Assembly (NCBI GenBank): GCA_037447605.1
Contig: CM074814.1
Span: 1,426,001 to 1,490,000, forward strand
From: Zygnema circumcarinatum SAG 698-1b
Lineage: Eukaryota; Plantae; Zygnematophyceae
Direction of reading: 5' to 3'
DNA: 64,000 nt
Of this stretch, positions 53,045-64,000 are shown one piece after another. A model generated the notes under the pieces. It saw nothing but the letters and a program-made list of their open reading frames with translations. It had not been told where the DNA came from and ran no database searches. How positions within the stretch are numbered: position 1 is the first letter of the stretch; the number at the start of each line of letters is the position of its first letter. The position numbers and the translations under genes were made by a program.

Positions 53045-53838
53045 ACTCTGAAGAATCCATAAGACCAAGCGAAGCAATCTGGCCCGGAAAAGTTGAGATC
53101 GTATCAGGAAACTATTGAAAATTTGCAAAAACAAGCCAAAGGCGCTGCTTCTGGTGCAAGCGGCAGCCTGCAAGACACGATTGAGGAATATCAAGAGTAC
53201 ATCCAAGATCTGTGAAACAAGCTCAAGGAGAGCGGCTTAGAGACTCTGCACAATCTCCAGCGGCAGGGAAGCGATGGTTATGAGCAAGGGAAACAACGCG
53301 CATCGGAAGTAGGCCAAACGGTGAGGATAATGTGGATGAATATGGAGAAACTTTGTCAAGAGCTGCGGGAAAAGGTGAAGAACGTGTCCAGCAGTATTCT
53401 GAAGGCGCAAGAAATAAGGCGCATGAAAATAAGGATGTTGCAACGGAGCAGGGTCAGCGAGGATACGACGCTGCTGCCGAGTATGTTCAACCAGCTTAAG
53501 GTCTAGCCGATAAGCTTTCTCAGCAGGGTGGTGATAGCGCAGAAGGAGTGGGCAGCCAGGTATACGGAGCTGGAAAGGACAGTCTCGACAGAGCTTCGGA
53601 GTATGTGAAGGGGAGTCAAGATTCTTCCGAGGTGTTTGAAATTGCAAACGATAAAGTGTCTGCAGCATCTGCGTCAGTGCAAGTCAGTGCCAAGAGCGTA
53701 CGAGACACTTACCATGAGAAACTACAGGGAACTAAAGACGATGCAAAGAAATATGCCAATGATGCATGTGGCGCAGCAAAAGATTACGTCGAGGGCTCTC
53801 AGGATCAGGCCCGGAGTATGCTGCGTCTGCGAAGGTAG
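53045..53838 (+). pseudogene. LEA-like pseudogene, paralog of the 61016-62840 gene
   Basis: TLKNP*DQAKQSGPEK...QAKGAASGASG aligns with AKNRYEDSKQIGAEK...KAKQAASSAAG. In-frame stops at 53060, 53213 and 53497; frameshift near 53320; LEA-like composition (AKDYVEGSQDQA). Possible upstream exons at ~52687-52917. Confidence 0.75.
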
Positions 53839-54771
53839 CTTTTGAGTGATTTGCTGCGTTAGCTATGCCTAGCTGTTCTACAGTCTAGCGAGTTGACTTT
53901 GGCTTCCTGTGGGATGGGAATGTTGCAGAGGGGAATATATGACTAGAGTTAACCAGATAGAGCAGAGAGCAGAGAGAGGCAGAGAGAAAGACAGGGAATA
54001 ATTCATTCCTTCATCTGATACCATGTGTTTGAAAACCAATCATTGGCAGGCACATTGCATGAGCTGAAACGAGGGCTCGGTCACAGGCAATACACGCGCG
54101 GTAGGAATGCGAGTATCGAGTTTTCGATGAATAGGGCATGTCAAACTTATTAAAATCGAACGATACGGCGTTCTTAAGTATTACTAAAGATTGTTTATAC
54201 GAGGTATACTTTTACAGGCGTATTGCTATGTCCCCGGCGTATTCGTTTTGGTAGCAGATTGATGGCAGCTGTTTTTTCAGTAGCACTGCGATTTTCAAAT
54301 TTGACTCTCGACAACATATTTTTTATATTTCAGTGCTAGATGATTCTTTTTCTTCTGGGCCCTGTTGTTTTTTTCCAGTTTACCATTGACGAATGACAGA
54401 GGTACGAATGTAATCACAATTTCAATGAATTCCACAGGCCAGTACAACCAAAGCCACATTTTTTCAAGCCTTTTGACAAAGGAAGGTTTATACTCTGGTG
54501 AATTAAGCTGCATGCCCCCCCCTTATTTATAGCTCGTAAGCACACGGGGCGGCTGCGCACATGGAGACTAGATTCTACTCGTGTACTTTTCTCTCGACAA
54601 AGCGACATCACCTGGTTGCAACACTGAACAACTATTAAGCGTCTGTCCATTCTCCTCATTATACAGAAGATAACCCATATTCACAGAGCAGATACCCCAC
54701 GTAACAACACCTTCCCCTTGGTTTTATAATGAGGAACGCTTGCCTACGCTTGCTTACTAGCAGGTGGGTCT

Positions 54772-55520
54772 TTAAATTGGTAGGCACGCGTAGACAGAGG
54801 GGTAAATACTTGATGCTGGCATAGAGATTATGCGAGAACCCTCATAGCGATTGCAGATATAGAGGATTAGACCGATAGGCCAAAAGACGACTGCTGTCAC
54901 CGCAAAGCAGATCAGCGCCAGAACAAATGAAATAGGCTGCACACATAACACACATCTGCAGATCAGTAACAATGCACATAGCAAGAAATGGGACTGAAGC
55001 TCTCTTCACAACGACAATGTGCACTCCAATAATGTAATTTTATTCTGAAGTTTTAAAACTTGCTTACAAATGCGAAACGATAATCAACATGAAAAACAAA
55101 TCGCAAGAACTAGGAACAAAACGGCAGTTGGATAAAAAGCTCCGACGACAAAAACCTCGCAACCAACACACTCCAAACCAGCCTACTCATGCTAGTAATT
55201 TCCATGTCTGCGAGAATGCGGCTCATCTAACAACAAGCGAGCATCGTTCAGCAACAGTTGATGCAAAAGACCCTTCCCCGCGGAGCCTCTTGCAGTCATC
55301 ATAACAGGACAAGCGCCTTAAGCATGTATCGAACTACCGCATAAGCCACAACAAACCGGACCCTAACCGGGATCCCATGAATGCCTTAAAACGTCCTCCT
55401 CCCATTGTCAACTCCTTCAAGAGCCGCAGGACCCACCTTGCACCGCCCCGGGAAGCAGTTAGGGCAAATAACGCAGTTTGTCCCTCCCAAAATCGGCCCT
55501 CCAGCCGTCACTGATGCCAT
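54772..55520 (-). CDS. Small membrane micro-protein paralog B, 82 aa, two exons (55437-55520, 54772-54936)
   Basis: MASVTAGGPILGGTNCVICPNCFPGRCK | PISFVLALICFAVTAVVFWPIGLILYICNRYEGSRIISMPASSIYPSVYACLPI*. Donor AAG/GTGGGT, acceptor GTGCAG/. Confidence 0.87.
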
Positions 55521-55633
55521 GGCTACCGGTCTCCGCTACTGACTCTGGCCTTGGATTCCTCACTTGCAGCAAAAATCGCAGGGCGCAACTCTTCAAGGAA
55601 AGCTCTCAGCAAAAAATGAAGTTCCCTTCCGCC

Positions 55634-56050
55634 CTATATAATGGCAGCCAGCCGCCGCCTCCCTGCCGCCCGGCCGGCACCGACGACACGTGGCCCATTG
55701 TCCGCTGCCAACGGTTGCCCGCGATGCGTCAGACAAGCCCACGTGGCGCTTCGCGGTTGGTTTGACCGAGTCGCGGCCACGCGTCGGCCGGAGCAGTGGC
55801 CTCAATCACGCCTCCTGTCCGTACGCGGCGCCACGTAGCGCAATACCGCGCCTAAGCGCTCTGAGCCGTCCGATCGCGCGGGCCGCCTATCGGCGCGCCC
55901 TGAGGCCTCCGCGTGGGGGGGGGCCGCTGAGGGCAATGGATGGCGGGGCAACGAGTTTGGAAAAAGGCGCGCGGGGGATTGGGAGGGGGGGAACACGCAG
56001 GCGAGAAGGAGCCAAATAGGAGCTCGCTACGTGGGCCAAGTGTACACGTG
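55634..56050. promoter_or_regulatory. Bidirectional promoter with G-box/ABRE cluster between paralogs B and C
   Basis: TATATA at ~55634; CACGTG at 55687, 55740 and 56045; CCACGTAGC at 55831; TACGTGG at 56028; ACGCGT (CE3-like) at ~55780. Confidence 0.65.
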
Positions 56051-56249
56051 GTGGATTCATATTGGAAGGTGCGCCACGATGGCTCGGCCCAAGGGCCTTG
56101 AAAAGGCCCGAGGCTGAAGGTGAGCCTGGCGAGGAGGGGAGCGCTTTTGCAGCTGGGCTCGCTCTGCGAGGGAGGAGGGAGAGGTGGAGGGGGAGGAGGG
56201 GCGAGGGGGCGGGAGGAGGAGAAGCAAGTAACACTGAGGCGACGGCGCC

Positions 56250-57445
56250 ATGGACTGCTGCTTCATCCCCATCTGCATTGAGTGTGGAAGCCCGGACAAT
56301 CCTTGTGGATGCAAGGTCTTCCCGCCTGCCCTACCTTGGCCTTCCAGCTACACGGAGATAAGTGAGAAGAAGGGAGTGAAGTGCAATATTTCAACCAAAT
56401 TGCTTGAAATTCATTATGTTTTCATTATTATTTTATATTTTTAAGTATTCTTTTACCCTTTTGTGCATAATGTTTCCTCTTTCGTGGTCACGGCTTGATT
56501 TTGTGACGTAGATACAGTCATATCAGCGTGCGCCTGGCCATCTCTTTCTATAGGCTATCACTACTCTACTCCTTGGTTCCTTGCCTGCTCCAAGATATTT
56601 TATGGGTATCTTCCGGTTCTTTCTCTGGATTCCCTTTCATCTCTCTCGATTTTGGCTTCTCTATGTGTACAAATACCTCCATTACTATTGCGTAGGCTTT
56701 TCCTATTATCAGCTACCTCTCTGTTTTTCCTCAGACGCTTAGTTAATTATTAGTTCAAATGGTAAGTCCTATATGAGCACGTGCGGTATTCGAAATCATG
56801 TCCTTCTAAGCGCCTTTCACCCCCCCTACCTTTATATTGCTGCATCTCTTGCCAACGCGCGTCTGGCATTCTGCAAACCATTTCCCGTATTTCTTTTCTC
56901 ACCTTTAGTCGCAGACGTCCTTTCTGTCAATCCTAAAAGGCTGCACTTATTTCTGATGAGTGTCTGGATCTTAAGAAAGCTTCTAATCCTTTTAAGGTGC
57001 ATCGCCTACTTGCGGGCTTCACTCTAACATAGAGCCACTGTCCGCTTTCCTCCATTAACGGTTCTGAGAGACATACGATGATTCACCTTCAAAATGTTTA
57101 TTTCATACGCCCTCCTAGTTCCACCTCGCGTCAAGCATTTCTACTTGTTGATTGTTTCGTTTGCAGTCAAGGTTCCAGAGGTTAGTTATCCAGGAATCTA
57201 GCCTGGTGCTTGACCATGCATGGAGAAGGATGGTCAAAGACTGATATGAGCTCCGTACTTGGTGGTCGTTGGCTGGGCAGATCCTGGGCCCTACTTTGGC
57301 CTTTATTGCATTCGTAGTGGCTGCCATCATTGAGTGGCCTGTTGGAGCCCTGGTCTACTGCTGCAGTCCTGACTTAGGGCGTCGCATTATGGGACATCCG
57401 ACATTTGTGGTCTACCCAAGCGTAAATAGCTGCATTCCCATCTGA
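56250..57445 (+). CDS. Small Cys-rich membrane micro-protein paralog C, 76 aa, two exons (56250-56315, 57281-57445)
   Basis: MDCCFIPICIECGSPDNPCGCK | ILGPTLAFIAFVVAAIIEWPVGALVYCCSPDLGRRIMGHPTFVVYPSVNSCIPI*. Exon 2 is the same length as in A and B. Closely resembles an uncharacterised land-plant small-protein family as I recall it (not database-checked). Confidence 0.9.
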
Positions 57446-58751
57446 ATCTTGCTGCAATTACAAGAACCATCTTGGCAATGCATGTACAGCAGTCTCAAGC
57501 ACGTTGTCAGGCATGTGGGGCATTGCTAGAGGTCAGCTTGAAGTGTGGTCCGAAACTCCCCTCTGAACCAAGCAAGCGCCTCTATTAGTCTCGTCACATC
57601 TGGCGTTTTATTGGCTCTTATGTACATACACCTTTTACGCAATTTTAGGGAAGAAGTGGTCCTCCCTCCAATTTTTGTCAGGCCGGTCATTGCACCCGCT
57701 AGCCAGGTTCAGGTTACGTTACAGTCGAACTAAGGGTTTGAAGTGTGGAATGCATCACTCTTGCCAGACGAGTTGCAGAATTTGCACTTTTTGATTGCTT
57801 TTTGAAAGATATGCGCTGGTGTCCACTTGTAAACTAGTGCTCTTTAGTGTAATAGTGTAACGTTGTCAGTGCAAAGTTGTGTTGAAGTCGTAATCTAATT
57901 GGGGCAAAACCATTCACACTATTCATCAGGAAAGAGGTATATGTTCTGATTCAAAAGACTGTTGTCGCCGCTCAGCTCACCTGCTATCGCTGACACATGC
58001 ATACGTGAAGAGGTTGATTTCACTAATTTTTGGTAGTTAAGAGTCTTGATGCTGTAACCTGCATTCGTAGGTTAAAACAAGCGTTTGCCCATTTACTAAC
58101 TTCTTTTCCAAAGTCAAAGATTGTAGGAGTAAACTTGTTCACTAGATGAAAGGGGGATGAAGATCTTTGGTGTGCGCTTGAGGTACGTAGCAGTTTCAAA
58201 AAGGAAGGCAAATGATGACACGGCTCACAGTGGTGTCTCATCCACCCAAAATGAAGTGGAAACAGTTCATCAAAGGCACGCACCATGCCACATCCTGAAA
58301 GGCGTTACGAAATCATGCCATACATGAAATTTATTTCCCAGTGGTTTTGAAAAAATGGCAACTTAAAACTGCTTACACAGGAAGAATCGACAGCTATCGA
58401 CATTCGTCATCGAAGTACAACACCATTCTTTCTATTCGCTGAAGGGCGCTCTAATACTCATTATCACGAATGAGCACCTCAAACCTTTGGAGTGAGCTCT
58501 GGACAAGTACTGATAAAAAAATAGACTATAAACAGGAGAGTTAAGTAACCTGCAATCCTGGGACCCCTCCTTTATAACATGGAGACACGTAAAGAAGTTG
58601 GAGCGCGTTTTTAAAATCTCGAACTCATCCCATGTGAAGAGGTGGACCCCGGACATATGCTACAGTTGGCATGCCAGCAGAGCTAACAATGAGCCCTGTC
58701 TTCTCACCTTCGATTAAGTTGGCAGTGTCATTCCTCTCCCAAACGGCTCCC

Positions 58752-59828
58752 TCATAACCCAGCTTCGAGCGGCTGCGCAGACTTTGAGTTCTTCTGTATT
58801 GCCTCCAACTTTCTTTGCGCGAGTTCATTGAACCGGTCCTTCAAGTGTTGGAACATGGGATGCAGAGGAGGGCCTCCCTCAGGTTGCACGTGCACTGTTT
58901 TGCGGCCTGTCAATCCGTCAGTACGAAAGGCCACCCGCCCTTCTCTGAGTGCAAAAAGAGTGTGGTCACGGCCGATGCCTACAAAGTCTCCAGGATGAAA
59001 GCGTGTACCCCTCTGCCGCACAATGATGTTGCCAGGAATGACTTTCTGCACCAAATGTTAGAAGTGAAAAACTCAGTGACAAAACATTGACCATCAAGGG
59101 TAAGAGACAAAGGTCACTACGAGTCAATCATCAAGGCTCATTACTAACGAAGATCGATAAAGGGAATTCGCTTTGATAAATAGGAAAAGATGAGAATGGT
59201 TTCAGCAGACACATACTCCAGGAGCAGCCAGGAAGCTTACTTGACCATCCGATTTCTTCACTCCCAAATTTTTCGGTAGCGAATCACGTCCATTCTGTGT
59301 GGAGCCACCAGCTTTTTTCGTCGCATTTCGACAGAAAAGCAGCGGCAAGGCAGCATTGACGCCGGAGAGTGCTCCTTCGTCTGCAAAACAGCGTATCGGG
59401 GTTCTCAGAACGAGATATGAAGCATGAATTCTTCCAACGAACACATGCGTACGATCAAACATTAACTGTTGATGTGACGATGGAGAATGCAGAAGAATGG
59501 TCGGCTGATCCCAAGTTTTCCACAATCGTGATATTGAAGTTATAATGAATTGAACCCCGTGGACACGAGCATCAAGAGACAGTGAAAACCATTCAAAAAG
59601 TCCTTCTTAACCATAAATTCCAGGTTTAAAAAGGGGTGAAGGGAGTGCTTTCATTCAGCGGCCTAGACTCTGTTCGACCTCTCCCCCAATCTTTGTGCAA
59701 TTTCCCGGCCGTGAGGATGCCAACCCTAAAGTGCACGAAGGCCTACCTGCAGTTATAGCCGCCCGCGCTCCTTGCGCCGCCCTCCCTCCGCCCGAGCGAG
59801 CCGCCGCCGCCCTGACAGCCGCGTACAT
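58752..59828 (-). CDS. RPL27: Ribosomal protein L27 (bL27), probably mitochondrial
   Basis: [28 protein letters not shown] | [40 protein letters not shown]...GRKTVHV...LHP; Ala/Arg-rich presequence [14 protein letters not shown]; C-terminal extension typical of the mitochondrial form. Confidence 0.94.
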
Positions 59829-59840
59829 GCCGATGATCGC

Positions 59841-59921
59841 TTTTAGGGTTAAGAGCTTAACCCTACAAGCTTGTTTTTTCTTAGGGTTATGGGCTCCTTC
59901 CCTCCCTCTCCTTTTAGGGTT
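59841..59921 (-). promoter_or_regulatory. Telo-box-like AACCCTA cluster in the L27 leader
   Basis: TTAGGGTT at 59843, 59881 and 59914, and TAACCCTA at ~59858. Confidence 0.55.
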
Positions 59922-59944
59922 ACGAGCAGAGAAAGGAGAGGCTA

Positions 59945-60509
59945 CCTGTAGAACCGAACAAGTTGAGAAATTGAGAAACGAGTTTACTTAATAATTTCTC
60001 AATCTTGTTGAATAGGGTTGTACTTTGAACATTCGAGGTCGAAACTTTTTTGATTTAAGAAAGCGAATTTTTTTGAAGGAAAAAGTTCGAAGCCCCAATT
60101 GGTTCGGTCGCGCGTGCGGATTCCAATTTTTGCCGCGTTGGTTTGCGCTTTGAGGGATCTGGTTAACCCGGACCCCATATTTCCGTACGACTCTTCCCGC
60201 GACCCGATCAACAATTTATGTACGACAAACCAGGTCCACACGCTTTGCGATCCGGAAAAATCTCAATGTTGATCGGTGGACCCAAGGAAAACTCAAATTG
60301 AACATGAACGATAATTAATTGTTCAATGTTCACTTGGCTCTCCATACAAAATGCATTCAGAAAAAAATCTAGGAATCTATTTCTCATTTCTCAAAATGAA
60401 TCGTGTTCACAAATATAAGGTTTTCTGTGAGAAACTGGTTTTGAAAGTTTTTTTTTTGAGAAGCCAAAATCTTTAATTTCTTTTTTCTCAACCTGTTCGG
60501 TTTTACGGG
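59945..60509. mobile_element. MITE-like non-autonomous element, ~565 bp
   Basis: 26-bp terminal inverted repeats CCTGTAGAACCGAACAAGTTGAGAAA / TTTCTCAACCTGTTCGGTTTTACGGG (3 mismatches); AT-rich non-coding interior with smaller internal inverted repeats; no clear target-site duplication. Confidence 0.6.
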
Positions 60510-60733
60510 GCACTGCCTGATACGGGCACATCCTTGTCTATGATTCTACTGCTGCAACTGTTTCCATGTGAAATTCGCTGAAATATTGATTTGGTACAAG
60601 GATTCGTAGTTCAGTTAGGGTAGATTCCATGATGAATTTCTCCGATACAGTGAATTTCCACATGGATATTACGTCGCCAGTTCTGCGGAAAAGCGCAGAT
60701 CCTCAGCGAGACAGCTCAGCTCGGTTGCTGTTG

Positions 60734-60900
60734 TGCCACGTGGCATGTTCAGGAGGACCTCAACACGTGTCAGGACGAGAGAGCAGCGGAATCTTCTGTA
60801 TGAGCCAAAGCAGCCACTTCACGGACCGTCCGATAGAGCTATGATTCGCAGAAGACCATTAGGCGCGCCAAGTAGACATGCCACGTGGTCTTGCCACGTA
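60734..60900 (+). promoter_or_regulatory. ABRE/G-box cluster upstream of LEA gene
   Basis: Perfect palindrome TGCCACGTGGCA at 60734-60745; ACACGTGT at 60763; CCACGTGG at 60881; GCCACGTA at 60893. Confidence 0.75.
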
Positions 60901-61015
60901 GGCATGCGCTGACAGGAGAGAGGGCCCCTCTTGTTGGAGGGGAGGGGAAGGGAAGCCGCTGCGCCTGCCGCATTGGAGATCGCTTCTGCTGCCACCGCTA
61001 CCTCTGCCTGCCGCC

Positions 61016-62840
61016 ATGGCTTCCAAGCAGGGCGAGCGAGGACGGGATTCGGAGAGACAAGTAGCGGAGAAGGTAAGCCCTTTGTGCAATTCTACCTTCC
61101 GTTTTTGTCTTGCCTGCTGCTTGGGTTTTTGTAAGTCGTACAAGCTAGAAAAGAGGCGGGAGGTTTTGAATGCTTAACGAAAGGAGGTATTGATGAGAAG
61201 GCAGAAAACTCGCCAATCAGCCGGGAATTTTCTCGTTGTTTTGCTAACGGCTATGTACGGCAATGTTCTAATGTCCCCAGGATGCGTCAGGTGCCACTCT
61301 CGACACGCTTATTCAGTATCGGAACGCTGCACAAGCGAGGTCAGCAGAAGCTATTCAAGTAAGCTATCGTTAGCCCCTATTATTGCCCCTTAACTTTCGG
61401 CGAAAGACTTCAAAGCAGGCTGATAGGTTTCTCTTTGTGTGATACCTGCTATTATAGTTTGTGCAATTTAAATTGTTTGTGGTGCCAATGTGAAATATTT
61501 TATTGTTAAGTACTGCGCGGCTTCTCTTCTTACCGGTTCAGGATAGACACAGTGGAAACGCACACAATCTACAAATGACTTAAGAAAAAACTGTTAGTCA
61601 ATTCTGATAAAAACGCTTGCTTACTCCTGGTGTCTCGGGAACAGCGATCTCCTGCTAAACTTATTGCCTTGTTTGGTGTTTGACTTGCACTTGCAGGCAG
61701 CTAAGAACAGGTACGAGGATTCCAAGCAGATTGGGGCTGAGAAAACCTCGCAACTCCGGGAAGCTGCCGAGCAGAACTACGACAAGGCAAAGCAAGCAGC
61801 CTCGTCAGCGGCTGGTGACTTCGAGGGATGGCTCCAGGAAAAGTACAATGTAACGAAGCGTGGAGCGTCTGAAACAGCTCAGCATGCCCAGGACGCACTG
61901 CCTGACACTAATAATTCCAGAAAGATACACGAGTCCGGCGAGAGTGCCGGAGAGGCATCTGGACAGGTGAAGCAAGCGACAGCTGACTCTTCTGATGCCT
62001 TCATTGCCAAGGCTAAGAATGCTCAGAAGCAAGCAGGTGAGATTGCACAACAGGGACAGGAGGCTGCAGAAGAAAAGTCTCAGGGAATTCTGGAGAGTGC
62101 AAAGCAGTATGCGCAAGGCATTTATGGTGCAGCTCTCGGGCGTGTGAAGTCCACACCGGACGAAGTTCAGGACAGCGCTGCCAACGCAAAGGTATGCCTG
62201 TTTACCTTCTGACGCCTAAAATTTTCTTGGCGACATAGTGACTATTCTCATCCGTGGGTTTCCTTGCCAACGAGGCAGTGCTGTAGCAATTTGTGTTCGA
62301 GGAGCAATACCAACTTACAAAGCTATGTTGCACAAACGCTGAATGGTTTTTGGGCAGGAACAAGTTGCAACAGACCAGGACATGAAGGAGAAATCCGGAC
62401 AGTCGTACGACATAGCCGAGGGGAAAGCTGGACAGCTGTATTCTTCAGCTCAGGAGCAGACTGCTCAAGCCTACTCTGGCGTAAGAGAGGCTGCAGGCGA
62501 TTTGGTGCAGGGAATCAAAGAGAGATTGGGATACGCTGGAGAACAAGTGACCCAGGCAGAGGCAGCTGGGACAGCAGGAGGTGCAGCCACAGCCGAGCAC
62601 AAGGCGAGTGAGCCAAGTTCTGAGACAGAGGGCAAATCCGCTTCAGTCCTTGAGACAACAGGAAATGTGGTTGTTGGAACTCTGCAGTACGTTAAGGAAG
62701 CAGTACTCGGATCAGGCAGTGGCGATATCAACGAGTCCACGTCATCAGCAAAGACCGATGCGTCTGCAGGATCTGGTACTTCTGGAGTCTTCCAAACTCT
62801 ATCAGGGAAAAGGGCAGCCAAGAAAATTTCCAAATTATAA
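61016..62840 (+). CDS. LEA-like (group 3/LEA_4-type) hydrophilic protein, 3 exons
   Basis: MASKQGERGRDSETSSGE /gtaag; exon 2 (~61701-62190) with A/E/K/Q-rich amphipathic repeats (EAAEQNYDKAKQAASSAAG, ESAKQYAQG); exon 3 (~62358-62840); almost no Cys or Trp; ABRE-rich promoter. Confidence 0.75.
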
Positions 62841-64000
62841 TTCTGAAACTGAAACTTTCGTTAGCTTTAGTATCAGGTTTTGTCCGCATGGTCGCATGGA
62901 TTGTCAGCGAGGGGTTTAAATAAGTCTCGCTTGAGATGGCGCTCCTCGAGACCAGTCAGATATCATTTGCGGTCTTTGCAGCTGGAAGAGCTCTCTGACG
63001 AGTCCCTAAGCTCCACCTGTACAGATGATCATGCACCGTTGCTGGCCCATGTCTCCGTCCATGAATGAATTACCTTCAGCATCCCGATTTCCTCTTTCGA
63101 CACAAAGTTTGAAATTGTGCATCCAGACTAGTCCATTCACTTAGCAGGTAGGCGGAGAACGTCTCGACGGTCTGTTAGGATACAGTGGAAGTGCGTAGAG
63201 CAATAGTGGTGCAGGCTTGGCCACTGAAGCAGTTAAGTCTGGCATGCAGGTGGGCGAGAACTAATTTCAAGAATCTTCAACCCTATATCCAAACTGTAAC
63301 AAGGATGCAAGCTGCTGTTTTTATCCGAATCAAGTTCAAAATATCTGAAAGAGTTACATTCTAAGGCAAAACTTTCCGATGGTGTTTTCCGGGATAATTT
63401 TGAGTGACTTGATGGGCTTACGTCTCGGTCTCAAACGATTTTTTTATGATATGCTTCACTGAATATGACCTGCACAATGGTGTTTCATTTCTGCCCGCTT
63501 TACTTGGTGAATGATTTAAACATGACATGGATCTTTTTTTAGCTTTGTTTAACACTTGGCCCACGCAAATGCCACTGTAAGGTTCACTGCCACGGCTTAT
63601 TAACGGTTGCACTGGAATGAGAGTAATTTTGTAGTTTGAAGTCGTAGAGTTAATTTGAAGGGTGAGTTCTCTCTTTAAACGTGCAGCTTTGTTTTGAATT
63701 TAACACGTTTTAACCCTCCGTATCAGAATAGTGTCGCGTCGGCTTGAGGAACAAATACGACGAGGTGAATTGCAACTGCGAGTAAGCAGGAAAGTTCGAA
63801 AAAGAAGCCGCCAACGAGGAAACAACAAGCTTACTGTGAAAAGAGTAAGAATTACAAAAGTCACGAAATGAGGAGTAACACTTGAAATGCGACGAGAATG
63901 AAATTATAAGGAAACCGACGGAAGGAAAATGGTTTAGTTTGTGAAGGTGAATGTACAACAAACAAATCGAATCATGGGGGGAACATAGCCGTGTCTCCTA

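Noticed and set aside
52619-53668. Minus-strand ORFs of 195 and 143 aa
   Set aside because: Antisense shadows of the LEA pseudogene; no motifs.
63100-64000. Gene at the right end of the window
   Set aside because: Only short ORFs without motifs; nothing supportable.

Overview
Gene-dense eukaryotic nuclear DNA from a green-plant (streptophyte) lineage: short GT-AG introns, CT/GA-rich leaders, plant-type G-box/ABRE, MSA and telo-box motifs, and a plastid ndhJ/ndhK block. A compact streptophyte alga or bryophyte is plausible, but the species cannot be determined from this window. Recognisable intron-containing genes, left to right: Aurora kinase (-), a double-domain ZIP metal transporter (-), SDA1 (+), canonical poly(A) polymerase (+), a SWSAP1-like RecA/RAD51-fold ATPase (+), a Nudix hydrolase (-), a mitochondrial-type ribosomal protein L27 (-) and a LEA-like protein (+). 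There is also an intronless mTERF (+), a long multi-exon gene of unknown function (-) and a LEA pseudogene. Four things stand out beyond the ORF track. (1) Three paralogous two-exon genes encode 76-89 aa membrane micro-proteins, each with a 165-nt second exon and an ABRE-rich promoter; two are head-to-head and sit among LEA genes. (2) A ~600-bp inverted copy of poly(A) polymerase intron/exon sequence lies just downstream of the SDA1 stop codon, predicting antisense or hairpin RNA over three PAP splice sites. (3) About 6.4 kb of plastid ndhJ/ndhK DNA is tandemly repeated with a 2087-bp period and 10-N gaps inside the last intron of the SWSAP1-like gene, probably an assembly-inflated short NUPT. 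(4) A repeated G-box+MSA promoter module precedes the SWSAP1-like gene. No tRNA, rRNA or CRISPR array is supported. All family assignments come from motif recognition by eye, not database searches; exon boundaries were read manually.
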